In this document: piece after piece, positions 49,707 through 60,323 of the stretch
Layout of the letters: every line of letters begins with the position of its first letter
How positions within the stretch are numbered: the stretch's first letter is position 1
Assembly (NCBI GenBank): GCA_963795855.1
Contig: CAWCIZ010000002.1
Location: 608,001-672,000, forward strand
Direction of reading: 5' to 3'
DNA from: Vulcanimicrobiota bacterium
GTDB taxonomy: Bacteria > Vulcanimicrobiota > Vulcanimicrobiia > Vulcanimicrobiales > Vulcanimicrobiaceae
DNA length: 64,000 nt
Translations under genes and position numbers: made by a program
The notes under the pieces: generated by a model
Databases searched by the model: none
Seen by the model: only the letters and a program-made list of their open reading frames with translations
Told to the model about the DNA's origin: nothing

Positions 49707-51104
49707 TCAGCCTGCGACCGCAGCCGGACGTCCGAGCGCGATCGCGATGTCGGTCAGTTCGTCCTCGCCGATGGAGAGACCGCGCATCGCCATTTCGTAC
49801 GCGTCTATCGCTTCTTCACTCTTGCTGCTCGCGGCGCGTTCCTCACGGATGCGCTTGACTTCGTCCGTGACGCGGTGCGCGAGTGCGGGCGTAAGTTCGA
49901 CGCCGCTCCGCGCGAGCTGCTCCTCGTGCTTGCGCAGCGTATCCTCGACGAGCGCCACACCCGAGTGCTTGCCGAACACCCACGTCGTTTCGGCGCCGAC
50001 CAGCTGCGCCGGCACGGCTTCGTACATGCGGTGATCCACGAGCATCGCGTGGGTGTGGATTCCGGATTCGTGCGCGAAGACTTTGCTGCCGACTATCGGC
50101 TCGTGCTGCTGCATCGGCACGCCGCTTACGCGCTCCATGAACCGCGCGAGCTCGCGCAACTTGCCGTATTTGAAACCCGGAATTTCAATGCCGTACAGCA
50201 CGTTCAGCGCGGTGACGAATTCGTGCAGTTTGACGTTCCCGGCGCGCTCTCCGTAGCCGTTCGCCGTCACGGAAACGACTTTGAAACCGCACGATACCGC
50301 GGTGATGGCGTTGATCGTTCCCAGGCCGTAGTCGTTGTGCAGATGACAGACCATCGGCAAACCTTTGGGCATCGCATTCACGATACGCGTGCAGTACCAA
50401 CGGGCGGCTTCCGGGGTCATGCATCCCACCGTGTCGGGCCACGCCGGCCGCGTGCCGCCCGCAGCCAAACCGGCCTTGAAATACTCGATGAAGTAATCCA
50501 CGTCGCCGCGGCTGCCGTCTTCCGCGCCGAACTCGACCCGCGTAACGCCCTTGCCGCGCGCGTACCTGATGGCGTCGCACTGCATCTTGACGTTCGCGTT
50601 CCGGTAGAATTCGAGCGGCAAATCGAGCCACTCCGCCTCGTCCCTGCCTTCCAATTTCAGCAGCGTCTTGCCGATCTTGTACTTCAAGTGCAGGTCGCTT
50701 CCGCTCGTAAAGATGAAGAACGTCACCTCGGAAGCATCCACGTCGATCTCTTGCAAGGTGCGTATTGTGACGTCGATGTCGTGCGGATTGCAGCGGCACA
50801 TGACGACGATCTCCACGTCACCGATCTCGCCCCGCCGCTTGGCTTCCATCACCATCTGCAGCGTTTTGCAGTCGCCGGGGCTCGCCGCCGGAAAGCCGAC
50901 GCTCATGATGTGCACGCCGATGTCCGCAAGCCGCTTCGCGATCTCGTATTTTTGTTCCGGCGTAAAGCAGATGCCCGGCATTTGCTCGCCGTCGCGAAGC
51001 GTTTCGTCGTAGATTCGGATCTGGGCAGCATCCGGGAAACGCAAGTGCTTGGTGAACTCGCGCGGATTACGAATAAGCCGATCGATCGGTTCCCGGAATT
51101 CCAT
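49707..51104 (-). CDS. DRE-TIM metallolyase (LeuA/homocitrate/Re-citrate synthase family)
   Basis: DETLRDGEQ, HLHNDYG, GERAGN, FAHESGIH, GKHSG. Confidence 0.85.
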   Translation of the reverse strand: MEFREPIDRLIRNPREFTKHLRFPDAAQIRIYDETLRDGEQMPGICFTPEQKYEIAKRLADIGVHIMSVGFPAASPGDCKTLQMVMEAKRRGEIGDVEIVVMCRCNPHDIDVTIRTLQEIDVDASEVTFFIFTSGSDLHLKYKIGKTLLKLEGRDEAEWLDLPLEFYRNANVKMQCDAIRYARGKGVTRVEFGAEDGSRGDVDYFIEYFKAGLAAGGTRPAWPDTVGCMTPEAARWYCTRIVNAMPKGLPMVCHLHNDYGLGTINAITAVSCGFKVVSVTANGYGERAGNVKLHEFVTALNVLYGIEIPGFKYGKLRELARFMERVSGVPMQQHEPIVGSKVFAHESGIHTHAMLVDHRMYEAVPAQLVGAETTWVFGKHSGVALVEDTLRKHEEQLARSGVELTPALAHRVTDEVKRIREERAASSKSEEAIDAYEMAMRGLSIGEDELTDIAIALGRPAAVAG

Positions 51105-51108
51105 GGCC

Positions 51109-52431
51109 CTACTTTAACACGACCTCGTCGCGCGGCACTAGGCCCGCATCGATTGCGGCGCTCGATTGCGCGCGGCGGGTGTACACGCGCAGTTCCGAAA
51201 TGTCGCGCGGAAAGACGAGCTCGAGCGTCCAGTCGAACGCGACGCGCAGTTTGCGGTCCAATCCGGGCAAACGCGAAAGGTAATACGAGCGCCAGAGAAA
51301 CCACGCAAAAAATCCGGTGAGAACGCGGTTTCCCGGAAGCTGCGCGACGGCTTTGCGGGCGCCGAGCGAAGCCATCATGCCCAGTGCGTTATAGCGGAAA
51401 TTCTTCGTCGGCTGCCCGCGCAGAGCCGCGATGATATTGTCGGCAAGCACCGGACCTTCGCGAATGGCGTGCTGCGCGGTCGGCGGATAGAATCCACCTT
51501 CGCCGTTCGGAATGGCGGCGCAATCTCCCAAAGCCCAGACCCCTCGAAATCCGGAGACGCGCATGTCCGGACCTGCGGCTATCGTGCCGTGCTTTCCGTG
51601 CGGCAAATCGCCGCGCACCGCGAGCGGACGCGGCCGCACGCCCGCACTCCAGATGATCGTCCGCGTCTCGATGCGCTGACCGCTCGCCAGTTCCAAGCCG
51701 TCGTCGTCGGCGGATTTCACGCCGTCGCCGGTGATCACACGCACGCCTCGCTTGCGAAGATCGCGCTCCGAATAGGAGCCCATGCGTGCGGGCAGTCCGG
51801 GAAGCAGCGTTTTTCCGCCTTCGATCAGCACGATCCGAACGTCGTTCTTTTTCACGTGCGGATAGAAGCGTCCGACGCTGCGGAACAGTTCGACCATCTC
51901 GCCGGCGGCTTCGACGCCGGTGAATCCGCCCCCGACCACGACGAGCGTGAGCAGACGCTGCCGTTCCGAATCGTCCGGCGTCGTGTCCGCCAACTCGAGC
52001 AGCCAAATGAAGCGATTGCGCAGGATGCCGGCGTCTTCGAGCGTTTTCAGCGCGAAAACGCGCTCCGCCACGCCCGGAAGACCGAACGTGGAGGTGGCCG
52101 CGCCGATCGCGATGACCACGTGATCGTATGGAAGCTCCTCGCTCATCCCGGTCAGCGTGTGCGTGTACGTTACGGTGCGCGATTCGACGTCGAGCGCCGT
52201 CACGTCGGCGAGAATGAAACGCGTTTTGCGAAGTTGCGAGCGAATTGGCGTAACGATGTGCCGCACGTCCAGCGCGCCCGAACTGACTTCAGGCAGCATC
52301 GGCGTAAAAAGCGAGAAGTTTTCGCGGCTGATGAGCACGAGTTCCGCTTCGCCCGCGCGCAAGCGTTTTTCGAGCCGCTGCGCCGCTGCGATCGCGGCGA
52401 AGCCGCCACCCAGGATCACGATGCGCTTCAC
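51109..52431 (-). CDS. Type II NADH dehydrogenase-like flavoprotein
   Basis: ILGGGFA, FTPMLPEV, VGGGFTGVE.AGE, LGDCA, PTAQHAIRE. Confidence 0.9.
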   Translation of the reverse strand: MKRIVILGGGFAAIAAAQRLEKRLRAGEAELVLISRENFSLFTPMLPEVSSGALDVRHIVTPIRSQLRKTRFILADVTALDVESRTVTYTHTLTGMSEELPYDHVVIAIGAATSTFGLPGVAERVFALKTLEDAGILRNRFIWLLELADTTPDDSERQRLLTLVVVGGGFTGVEAAGEMVELFRSVGRFYPHVKKNDVRIVLIEGGKTLLPGLPARMGSYSERDLRKRGVRVITGDGVKSADDDGLELASGQRIETRTIIWSAGVRPRPLAVRGDLPHGKHGTIAAGPDMRVSGFRGVWALGDCAAIPNGEGGFYPPTAQHAIREGPVLADNIIAALRGQPTKNFRYNALGMMASLGARKAVAQLPGNRVLTGFFAWFLWRSYYLSRLPGLDRKLRVAFDWTLELVFPRDISELRVYTRRAQSSAAIDAGLVPRDEVVLK

Positions 52432-52496
52432 GCCCGCGCCGTTCGCTCACTCGGCCAGGCATGCCTTGGACGGTGCGAGCGGGAAAGAAAGCAAGC

Positions 52497-53378
52497 GTGA
52501 AAGACCCGAAAAGCGGCTGGGCGGAGCGGCCGGAAAACCGGCGTTTCGACGTACAGGAAGGCGACTATCTGCCGCCCGACGCGCAGCGCGCTCAATCCGA
52601 AAAGAGCCGCGCTGCAAAAGGTTTGGGAACCGCCGCGGTCGGCATCGCGGTTCTGCTCGCGAAATTCAAAGCGCTGTTTTTCGTGCTGCTGAATCTCAAA
52701 TGGGCGGTCGTTCTGCTCAAGGCGCTCACCTTCGGCGGATCGTTCTTCGTCTCGCTGTTCTTTTACGCGCTCTTCATGGGTTGGAAGTTCGCCCTGGTGT
52801 TCGTGCTGATGATCCTCGCCCACGAGATGGGTCACTACGTCACGATCCGCAATTACGGACTGCCCGCACGTCTGCCGATGTTCGTGCCGTTCTTCGGCGC
52901 GTATACGATGGGCGGCGCTCCCGCCGATCTGGAACACGACGCGTACATCGCATTGGCGGGACCGCTCACCGGGCTCGGTGTTTCTGCAGCCTGCTTCGCG
53001 CTCGGCTATCAAACGCACAATCCTTTTTGGTACATGGCCGCGTACGTCGGCGCGATGATCAATTTGTTCAACATGATTCCCGCGCTTCCGTTCGACGGGG
53101 GCCGCGTTGCAGGCGCGGTTTCGCCCTCGCTTTGGATCGGCGGTTTCATCATCTTCGTGGGTGCGTCTCTCGCGCTGCACATCGCGATTTTCTTCATCGT
53201 CATCTTCGGCTTGATGGCGCTTCCCGGCGTCTTTGCCGCGCTGCGCGGATACGTCGACCCGCGGTATGCGACGATGACGACTGCCGGAAAGTTCCGCGTA
53301 GGCGCGTGGTACTTGCTTACGATGTTCGCGCTCTTCTACCTGATGTCGGTCTCGCACGTAGCGGTGCCGGGCCGGTGA
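52497..53378 (+). CDS. Site-2 (M50) membrane metalloprotease
   Basis: HEMGH, IALAGP, NMIPALPFDGGR. Confidence 0.9.
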   Translation: MKDPKSGWAERPENRRFDVQEGDYLPPDAQRAQSEKSRAAKGLGTAAVGIAVLLAKFKALFFVLLNLKWAVVLLKALTFGGSFFVSLFFYALFMGWKFALVFVLMILAHEMGHYVTIRNYGLPARLPMFVPFFGAYTMGGAPADLEHDAYIALAGPLTGLGVSAACFALGYQTHNPFWYMAAYVGAMINLFNMIPALPFDGGRVAGAVSPSLWIGGFIIFVGASLALHIAIFFIVIFGLMALPGVFAALRGYVDPRYATMTTAGKFRVGAWYLLTMFALFYLMSVSHVAVPGR

Positions 53379-53944
53379 GTGAAAAACCGCCGCCGGATTT
53401 CGCTATGCTTCGCGCCGTCGATATTCTGGCGCACCTGCACGAACGCCGCCGCAACTCGCCCAATACGCCTCCGGCGCCCATCGAACGTCCCGTCCTGCTG
53501 CAAAGCGAACGTCTGACGTTCGCAATAGGCCAAACGCGACGCGTGGACGTCGAGCGCGATCTCGGCATCGCGTTCAGCTATCCGGCGCGCGGTTGGCATA
53601 CGTATGCGACCAGCGAATCCGGGCGCCGGTGTCTGCTCAGCGTGTTTTACAAGAACGGCGTTCTGCTTGCAGGGGAAGTCTACGTGCCGCGCGGTCCGCA
53701 CGCACCGAACTTGGAATCACGCGACTTCGGCGGCTTTCGCCTCGAACCGGGAAGCGTTTGCATCGGCATGCCCGCTAACGCCGTGCCGGAACCGTTCGCG
53801 CCGGCTGTCGGCGGCCCGGGAACGGTCGTGTACGATCGCTCGTTCGAGGCACGTTTTCCGGGCGGCGTCGCGTACGCGATGGCATCGAAAGGCGTGGTCG
53901 AACGCATGACGTTGTACGCGCAGATCGATCGTAGCGACGCGTAG
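53375..53944 (+). CDS. Hypothetical protein
   Basis: GTGA overlap with the M50 gene; ends 1 nt before the next gene. Confidence 0.7.
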   Translation: MSEKPPPDFAMLRAVDILAHLHERRRNSPNTPPAPIERPVLLQSERLTFAIGQTRRVDVERDLGIAFSYPARGWHTYATSESGRRCLLSVFYKNGVLLAGEVYVPRGPHAPNLESRDFGGFRLEPGSVCIGMPANAVPEPFAPAVGGPGTVVYDRSFEARFPGGVAYAMASKGVVERMTLYAQIDRSDA

Positions 53945-53945
53945 G

Positions 53946-55340
53946 ATGCGCGCGTGGCTGCTGGGCGGGGCTTGCATTGCCGTCGCCGTTGCATTGCTTT
54001 TCGCGCGTCCGCACCCGACGCCCGGTCCACCCATGCGCGACTTCGAGGCGTACTACGCAGCGGGAGCTTCGTGGAACGCAGGCGCCGACGCGTATTCGCA
54101 AAGCATTTGGAACGCGGAGATGCGTTTGACCGGCGTGAACGCCGGCCGCTACGAAGCGCTGCCGTTCGTCGGCCCGCCCGCTCTGCTCCCGGTCTTCGGC
54201 GCTCTCGCGCGTCTGCCGTTCGACGCCGCCGGCGACGTTTGGCGCGCACTGCTTCTTCTCTGCGTCGCGCTGCTCGTGTGGTCGACGGCGCGTTTGCTCC
54301 ACCCGCGCGTTACCGCACGCTCACTGCTGGCGATGCTCGTCGCGGCGCTTGGATTCGGTCCCCTGACCAGCGCACTCGCGCTGGGGCAGCTCGCGCTTCC
54401 GGCGTTTGCATGTGCGGTGCTCGGTCTCGGTGGGAACGTCGCCGCACTGTTCGCGTGGACGCAGCCGAACGTCGCGCTCACGCTTCTCGCGCAGATTGCG
54501 AACCGCCGCGGCGCGGCAACATTCGCTGCAACACTTGCTATTTTTGTTGCCGCGTGCGCCGCCGTAGCGGGCATTCACGGTTTGGAGCACTACGCCGCCG
54601 TTCTGCAACGCCATTCCGCCGCCGAAGCACTGTCGGCAATTCAGATTACGCCTGCGGCGATTGCGTACGGTTTGGGCGCCTCGGCCCGCATTGCTTGGGC
54701 CTTCGGCATAACCGTGAGCATTGCCGCGGCATGTGCGTGGGTCGTCCTCATGCAGCGGGCGCGCGATGCCACTACGCGCTTCTGCGCAACGTGCGCTCTG
54801 CTGCCGCTTGTGATGCCCTTTTTCCACGAGCACGATCTGATCGTTACTTTCGTACCGTGCGTGCTTTACGCGGCGCGAGTTTCCGACGAACTGTGGCCGC
54901 TCGCGGCCTTCGGCGCGCTATTCGCTGCAACCGATTGGCTCGGCTTGGCGCAGCGTCCCGACGGCACGTTGCAAACGCTGCTGCTGATCGGGGCGCTCGG
55001 CGGCGCGCTCGTTGCTTTACGAACGCAGCCACGCGCGCGAGCGCTTGCGGTTCCCGCAGCGGCCCTTGCGTTCATCGGCGTCGCGGCCGCGTTCGCGCAC
55101 GCGCATCCCGCTCCCGTCTGGCCCGACGCTATGAAGACGCTGCCGAACACCATCCGCGCGGTCGACGTTGCGCGCGCGTGGGGCATCGAACAGCACGCGA
55201 CCGGACTGTTCACGCGTGATGCGGTTTGGGCGGTCCTGCGCGCGCTTTCGCTCGCCGGTTGCGTTCTCACCGCGACCGCGATCGCGCTTAGTTCGAGATA
55301 TCCTGCGGGTTCCAGAAATCCATCACGGGTCCCGGCCTGA
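53946..55340 (+). CDS. GT87/DUF2029-like GT-C membrane glycosyltransferase
   Basis: DFEAYYAAG, PFVGPP, ALALGQ, FHEHD; multiple TM segments. Confidence 0.7.
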   Translation: MRAWLLGGACIAVAVALLFARPHPTPGPPMRDFEAYYAAGASWNAGADAYSQSIWNAEMRLTGVNAGRYEALPFVGPPALLPVFGALARLPFDAAGDVWRALLLLCVALLVWSTARLLHPRVTARSLLAMLVAALGFGPLTSALALGQLALPAFACAVLGLGGNVAALFAWTQPNVALTLLAQIANRRGAATFAATLAIFVAACAAVAGIHGLEHYAAVLQRHSAAEALSAIQITPAAIAYGLGASARIAWAFGITVSIAAACAWVVLMQRARDATTRFCATCALLPLVMPFFHEHDLIVTFVPCVLYAARVSDELWPLAAFGALFAATDWLGLAQRPDGTLQTLLLIGALGGALVALRTQPRARALAVPAAALAFIGVAAAFAHAHPAPVWPDAMKTLPNTIRAVDVARAWGIEQHATGLFTRDAVWAVLRALSLAGCVLTATAIALSSRYPAGSRNPSRVPA

Positions 55341-56913
55341 TGTTGCGAAAATCGTCGTCGTACGTCATGTGCTCCGTGCGTTGGCTGAGCACGACGAACG
55401 GCACGTCGCGCGCCACGTCCTCCTGCACGCGCACGTAGTCGCGTCTTCGAACCGAGCGGTCGTAGTTCACGAGCGCATCCTCAAGCGCCGCATCCACGCG
55501 CGGGTTGCAGTAGCCCATGTAGTTTTGACCCTTCGGAGAGATGCGGCTGCACGCGATCAGGTTCGTAAGATCCGGATCCGGAGGCAGACTCCACGCGTAC
55601 GATGCGATGTCGTAGTGGCGCGTCGCCACGATGCCTCCGGCGGCGTAGGACGCAAACAGTTTGTCCGTCGGATACCGGAAGTATTCCAGGCCGACGCCGA
55701 TCTGCTTGAACCACTGCTGGATCAGAAGCACCGTTGAATCGAGTCCCGGATTGCCGGTGTTCCCCGCAAACGAAAAACGCAGCGTCCGGCCGTCCTTATG
55801 CCGTAGACCGTCCGCGCCGGTCACCCAGCCGTCCCGTTCCAGCTGTTGAGCCGCTTCATGCAGATCGAACGGGTAGCACTGCGCGTACGCATCGTACGCC
55901 CAATTGAGATGCGAAATCGGCGTGCAAGCCAGATAGCCGCTGTGATGCGAAATTTTTGACCACAGGGTGCGCACGTCGATAGCGCGCGCGAGCGCTTGGC
56001 GTACTTGCAAATCCGCGAGATTAGGGCTCGTTACGTTGAAATCGATGTGCCCGTACGCCGTGGTATCGAAGGAGATCGACCTCGTGTTCGGCACCTTTTC
56101 GACTTGCTCGTACGTGTTGGTCGGAACGCGCACAAACGCGTCGATTTCGTGCGTTTGCAGCGCGGTAAGCATCGTGTTGGCGTCGGGAATCACTTTGAAC
56201 ACCACGCGTTTCAATTTCGGCGCGCCGCCCCACCAATGGGGAAACGCTTCCATGACGACTTCACTTCCGCGCACCCATTTCACGTAGCGGAACGGACCCA
56301 AGCCGACCGGCAAACCGTTATAGGGCGAATGGTTGACGTCTTGCCCCGCCAGAATGTGCTCGGGCAGAATAGCGGGATTGTCGACGGGCGTAAAATACCG
56401 GTTGATGAACGCGGCGTAGGGGCGTTTGAGCCGGAAGATCGCCGTGTAACGATCGGGGGTCTCCACGCGATCGATCAAATCCCACCCGTCACGCGTGAGC
56501 ACGTTGGTCTTCGGGTCGAGAATCGTCTTGACCGTAAAAGCGACGTCGGCGGAGGTGAACGGCTTACCGTCGTGCCAGAGCACGCCTCGCCGCAATTTGA
56601 ACGTTATCGATTTTCCGTCGCGCGAAATGAGACCGTTCGCCCTCGTCGGCAATTCGACGCAAAGCGAAGGTACCGGCCGCGCCTTGTCGTCGAAGACGAA
56701 GAAATATCCCATCGTGAACGACGACAGATCGTTGACGAGCGTTTCCGTGGAGAGCAGCGGATTGAGATTGTCGATGTCTTCGCCGTCCGCCCAGCGAAAC
56801 GTCCCGGGAATCGTCCAGGAGTGCCGGTTTCCCCGCGGGGCGCCTCCGCCGCCGGAGCACGCGGGCAGCGCGCACCCGAGAATCGCGGCCAAGGCGCACA
56901 GCGCTTTCTTCAC
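55288..56913 (-). CDS. Family-5 (peptide/nickel) ABC solute-binding lipoprotein, copy 4
   Basis: Lipobox ALPAC; LRRGVLWHDGKPFTSADV; PVGLGPF. Confidence 0.92.
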   Translation of the reverse strand: MKKALCALAAILGCALPACSGGGGAPRGNRHSWTIPGTFRWADGEDIDNLNPLLSTETLVNDLSSFTMGYFFVFDDKARPVPSLCVELPTRANGLISRDGKSITFKLRRGVLWHDGKPFTSADVAFTVKTILDPKTNVLTRDGWDLIDRVETPDRYTAIFRLKRPYAAFINRYFTPVDNPAILPEHILAGQDVNHSPYNGLPVGLGPFRYVKWVRGSEVVMEAFPHWWGGAPKLKRVVFKVIPDANTMLTALQTHEIDAFVRVPTNTYEQVEKVPNTRSISFDTTAYGHIDFNVTSPNLADLQVRQALARAIDVRTLWSKISHHSGYLACTPISHLNWAYDAYAQCYPFDLHEAAQQLERDGWVTGADGLRHKDGRTLRFSFAGNTGNPGLDSTVLLIQQWFKQIGVGLEYFRYPTDKLFASYAAGGIVATRHYDIASYAWSLPPDPDLTNLIACSRISPKGQNYMGYCNPRVDAALEDALVNYDRSVRRRDYVRVQEDVARDVPFVVLSQRTEHMTYDDDFRNIRPGPVMDFWNPQDISN

Positions 56914-56920
56914 CGGACGG

Positions 56921-58618
56921 TCAAATGTCCACGTTCATCATGTTGTCGAACGGGGTGACGCCGTTGGGATGAAAATTCTCCAGATCTCGATTGAAGACGA
57001 ACAGGTCTTCGCGACCATTGGTCACGATCGTGGGCACGTCTTTGACGATGCGTTGGAAAAGCACCGCATCGTCTTTATTTCGCTGCGCCTGATTGTAGTG
57101 CGTATAGAGATCGTGCATCGCTTTATCCGCAACGGGATCGCACCAGTGCAGCACGTTCTGCCCGTTCGGCGGCATTTCATCGCACGCGTAGAGCGTCGAA
57201 AGATCGCCCGTGGCTCCTACGCCCCACGCAAAGTAAATAGCATCCCAGTTGCCGCGCAGCAGCACGCCGTGGTCGGCGTATGACGCGAAGATCAAGGCCG
57301 AGAGGTAATGCTTCACGACGATCTCCGCGCCGATCTGCTTCCACCAGGTACGAATCATTTCGATTTGCTGGTCCGCGCCGGGGTTACCGCTATTGGTAAT
57401 GAACTCGAGTGAAAGGCGGACGCCGTTTTTCGAACGGATACCGTCCGCGCCGCGCTTCCAGCCCGCCGCATCGAGGGTTTGATTCGCCTTGGCCAGGTCG
57501 AACGGTACGAGCGGCAAGTTCGGATCCCAGAACGGGGCGGTTCTCGGCGCAGGCTGCTCCTGAAGCAGACCGATGCCATGCGAGATTTTGCGAATCAGCG
57601 TGGCGCGATCGGTCGCGTACCGCAAGGCAATGCGAACGGCCGGATCCTTGAGGACCGGGCGCGTCAGATTGAAGTCGATGTGATTGAACAGATAACCCGG
57701 TTGACGAATGTAGGCGAACTGGCCCATGTTTTGCATCTTCGTCGCAAACGAGCTCGCAGGTACCGGGTACCAAAGATCGAGTTCCTTCGCCTGCATCTCC
57801 GTAAGCACCGTGTTCGTGTCCGGGATGATCTCGAAGTCGATTTCCTTGAGCTTCGGCATGCCGCGGAAATACAGCGGGTTCGCCACCATCACGACGCGCT
57901 GCCCGCGGTCCCACTCTTTGTATTTGAACGGCCCGATCCCGACCGGCAGCGCATTATACGGAACGTTGTTGATGTTCGGATACTTCGCCAGCAAATGCTT
58001 CGGCATCAAACACGGGTTTGCGCCTGCCGTCGAGAAAAAGGTTTCGACGAAGGGCGAGTACGGCTTGGTCAAATGAAGAACGACGGTGTATTTGTCCGGT
58101 TCGTCGATCTTCGCGATGTGGTCCCAGCCGCTGCGGCTTACGATGTTGTTCGCCGGGTTGAGCACCGCGTGGAACGACCATACCACGTCGTCCGCATCGA
58201 ACGGCACGCCGTCGGACCATTTCACGCCTTTGCGGATGTGATACGTGATCGTCAACCCGTCCGCACTTACCCCGCCGTTTTCCTTCGTCGGCACCTCCGT
58301 AGCGAGTTCGCCGTACGCGTTGTTGTGCGCGTCCCACTTTATCAGCCACGCCATCGTCATCGACGCCATGTAGTCCAGCGTGCCCTGCTGGATGAGGGTC
58401 GGGTTGAGCGAGCTGACGTCCTCGGCCGTCGCGTAACGGAGCACGTGCGGGCGCGTCCACGAGTTGACCCGTTGCGCGGAAACCGGCGCGGCAGGCGCAC
58501 CCGGCGATTCGTTCAGCAGGCCGCCTGATACGCCGGGGCCGCCGCTCTTACTGCAGCCTGCGGCCAAAGCGGCGGAGAGCAGCAGGATGCACAGACGCGC
58601 GACGGTGTTCTTCTTCAT
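56921..58618 (-). CDS. Family-5 ABC solute-binding lipoprotein, copy 3
   Basis: Lipobox LAAGC; GVKWSDGVPFDADDV; PVGIGPF. Confidence 0.92.
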   Translation of the reverse strand: MKKNTVARLCILLLSAALAAGCSKSGGPGVSGGLLNESPGAPAAPVSAQRVNSWTRPHVLRYATAEDVSSLNPTLIQQGTLDYMASMTMAWLIKWDAHNNAYGELATEVPTKENGGVSADGLTITYHIRKGVKWSDGVPFDADDVVWSFHAVLNPANNIVSRSGWDHIAKIDEPDKYTVVLHLTKPYSPFVETFFSTAGANPCLMPKHLLAKYPNINNVPYNALPVGIGPFKYKEWDRGQRVVMVANPLYFRGMPKLKEIDFEIIPDTNTVLTEMQAKELDLWYPVPASSFATKMQNMGQFAYIRQPGYLFNHIDFNLTRPVLKDPAVRIALRYATDRATLIRKISHGIGLLQEQPAPRTAPFWDPNLPLVPFDLAKANQTLDAAGWKRGADGIRSKNGVRLSLEFITNSGNPGADQQIEMIRTWWKQIGAEIVVKHYLSALIFASYADHGVLLRGNWDAIYFAWGVGATGDLSTLYACDEMPPNGQNVLHWCDPVADKAMHDLYTHYNQAQRNKDDAVLFQRIVKDVPTIVTNGREDLFVFNRDLENFHPNGVTPFDNMMNVDI

Positions 58619-60322
58619 TAAATATCCACGTCCATGAAGTTGTCGAACGGCGAAAGCGCGCCCGGGCTGAAGTTTTTGACGTCCTTGTTGTACACCCAAA
58701 GCGCCGCGGTACCCATGAGTACGACCGTCGGAACGTCCTTGGCAAGTCTGCGTCATGACGACGCGATCGTCTTGGTTGCGCTGCGCTTGATCGTAATGCC
58801 CGTACAGCGCCTGCATGGATTTCTCCGCCGCCGCGTTACACCAGAAGATGCTGTTCTGCCCGCTCGGCGGGAACTCATCGCATCCGTAGATCGGCGAGAA
58901 GTCACCCGTCGCGCCGAGCCCCCAAGCGTAGTAGGCGACGTCGTATTTTCCGCGATAGAGAATGCCGCCGTCTTGATATTGCGCGAAAAGCAGCGTGTTC
59001 TGGTAGTGGCTCACCGTGAGTTTCACGCCGAGTCTGCGACCACGTCTGCCGCAGCTGCTCGATGAGCTGATCGTTGATGACGGTGCCCGACGCGGTAGCG
59101 AAGTTCAGATCGAGGCGGACGCCGTTTTTCGCGCGCACGCCGTCGGGCCCGGGCTTCCAGCCGGCCCGATCGAGCAGTTGATTGGCTTTCGCAATGTCGA
59201 ACGGAACCATCTTGATGTCCGGATCCCAGTAAGCGGAGACTTTGGGAGCCGGCTCTTCCTGCAGCAAACCGACGCCGTGATAAAGCTTGGCGAGAATCGT
59301 CGGCCTGTCCATGGCGTAGCGTAACGCCTGCCGGACCGCCGGATCTTTGAGTTCTCGCTGCGCAGGTTGAAGTCTACGTGCCGGAAGTAAAAACTCGGTT
59401 GCGCCCACGTGACGAACGAGCGAAGCGCCGTGAATTGGCCGAGCATGTTCTGCGGCGCCTGATAGAACATGTCGAGCGACTTCGCTTGCATTTCGGTCAG
59501 AACGGTGTTCGCGTTGGTGATGATCTCGTAGTCGATCTCTTTGAGCTTCGGCGTTCCGCGGAAATAGTAAGGATTCGCGACCAACACGACGCGCGACCCC
59601 CGCTGCCATTCTTTCACCATGAACGGTCCGATGCCGACGGGTTTGGAGTTATAGTCGACGTTGTTCAGATTCGCGTACTTGGCGAGAAGATGCGCGGGAA
59701 GGAGCGACGGGTTCGCGCCCGCAGTGCTGAAAAACGTTTCGACGAAAGGCGAATACGGTTTGCTGAGATGTAAGACCACCGTATAGTTGTCCGGCTCGTC
59801 CATCTTGACGATGCGATCGAACCCCGACCGGCTCGTGACGTTATTCGCGGGATTCAGGACCGCATTGAAGCTGAAGATGACGTCGTCGGCGTTGAACGGC
59901 GCACCGTCCGACCATTTCACGCCGTGCCGCATGTGATAGGTGATCGTCAGTCCGTCCTTGCTGACGCCGCCGTTCTGCTGCGAGGGAATTTCCGTAATCA
60001 GTTCCGGAATCGGTTTGCCTTGCTTGTCCCAGCGAATCAGATAGCCCATCGTGAGCGGCGCGATGATCAGCGAAACGGGCGTGTCGGTCGTCAGCAGCGG
60101 ATTGAGGCTTTCGACGTCCTCCTCGGCGGTAACGCGCAGCGTGTGCGGAACGGTCCATGAGTTCTGCTCTGCGCTCGAAGTGTTTACCGGCGGCGCGTTC
60201 GAGACGACGTTCGACGAAGTGGTGGTGGTGGTCTGCGTCGTCGACGTCTGCGTGCCGCCTTGTTTGCTGCACCCGGCGAAGATGAAAGCTGAGCTCAAAC
60301 CGATTGCGAGCAGTCTTTTCAT
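58618..60322 (-). CDS. Family-5 ABC solute-binding lipoprotein, copy 2 (frameshifts near 59355, 59035 and 58750)
   Basis: Lipobox FAGC; GVKWSDGAPFNADDV; continues through ORFs 58902-59609 and 56921-59026; TAATG coupling. Confidence 0.88.
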
Positions 60323-60323
60323 G

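Noticed and set aside
49707..51104. Calling the synthase leuA or nifV
   Set aside because: Motifs define only the superfamily; no pathway neighbours
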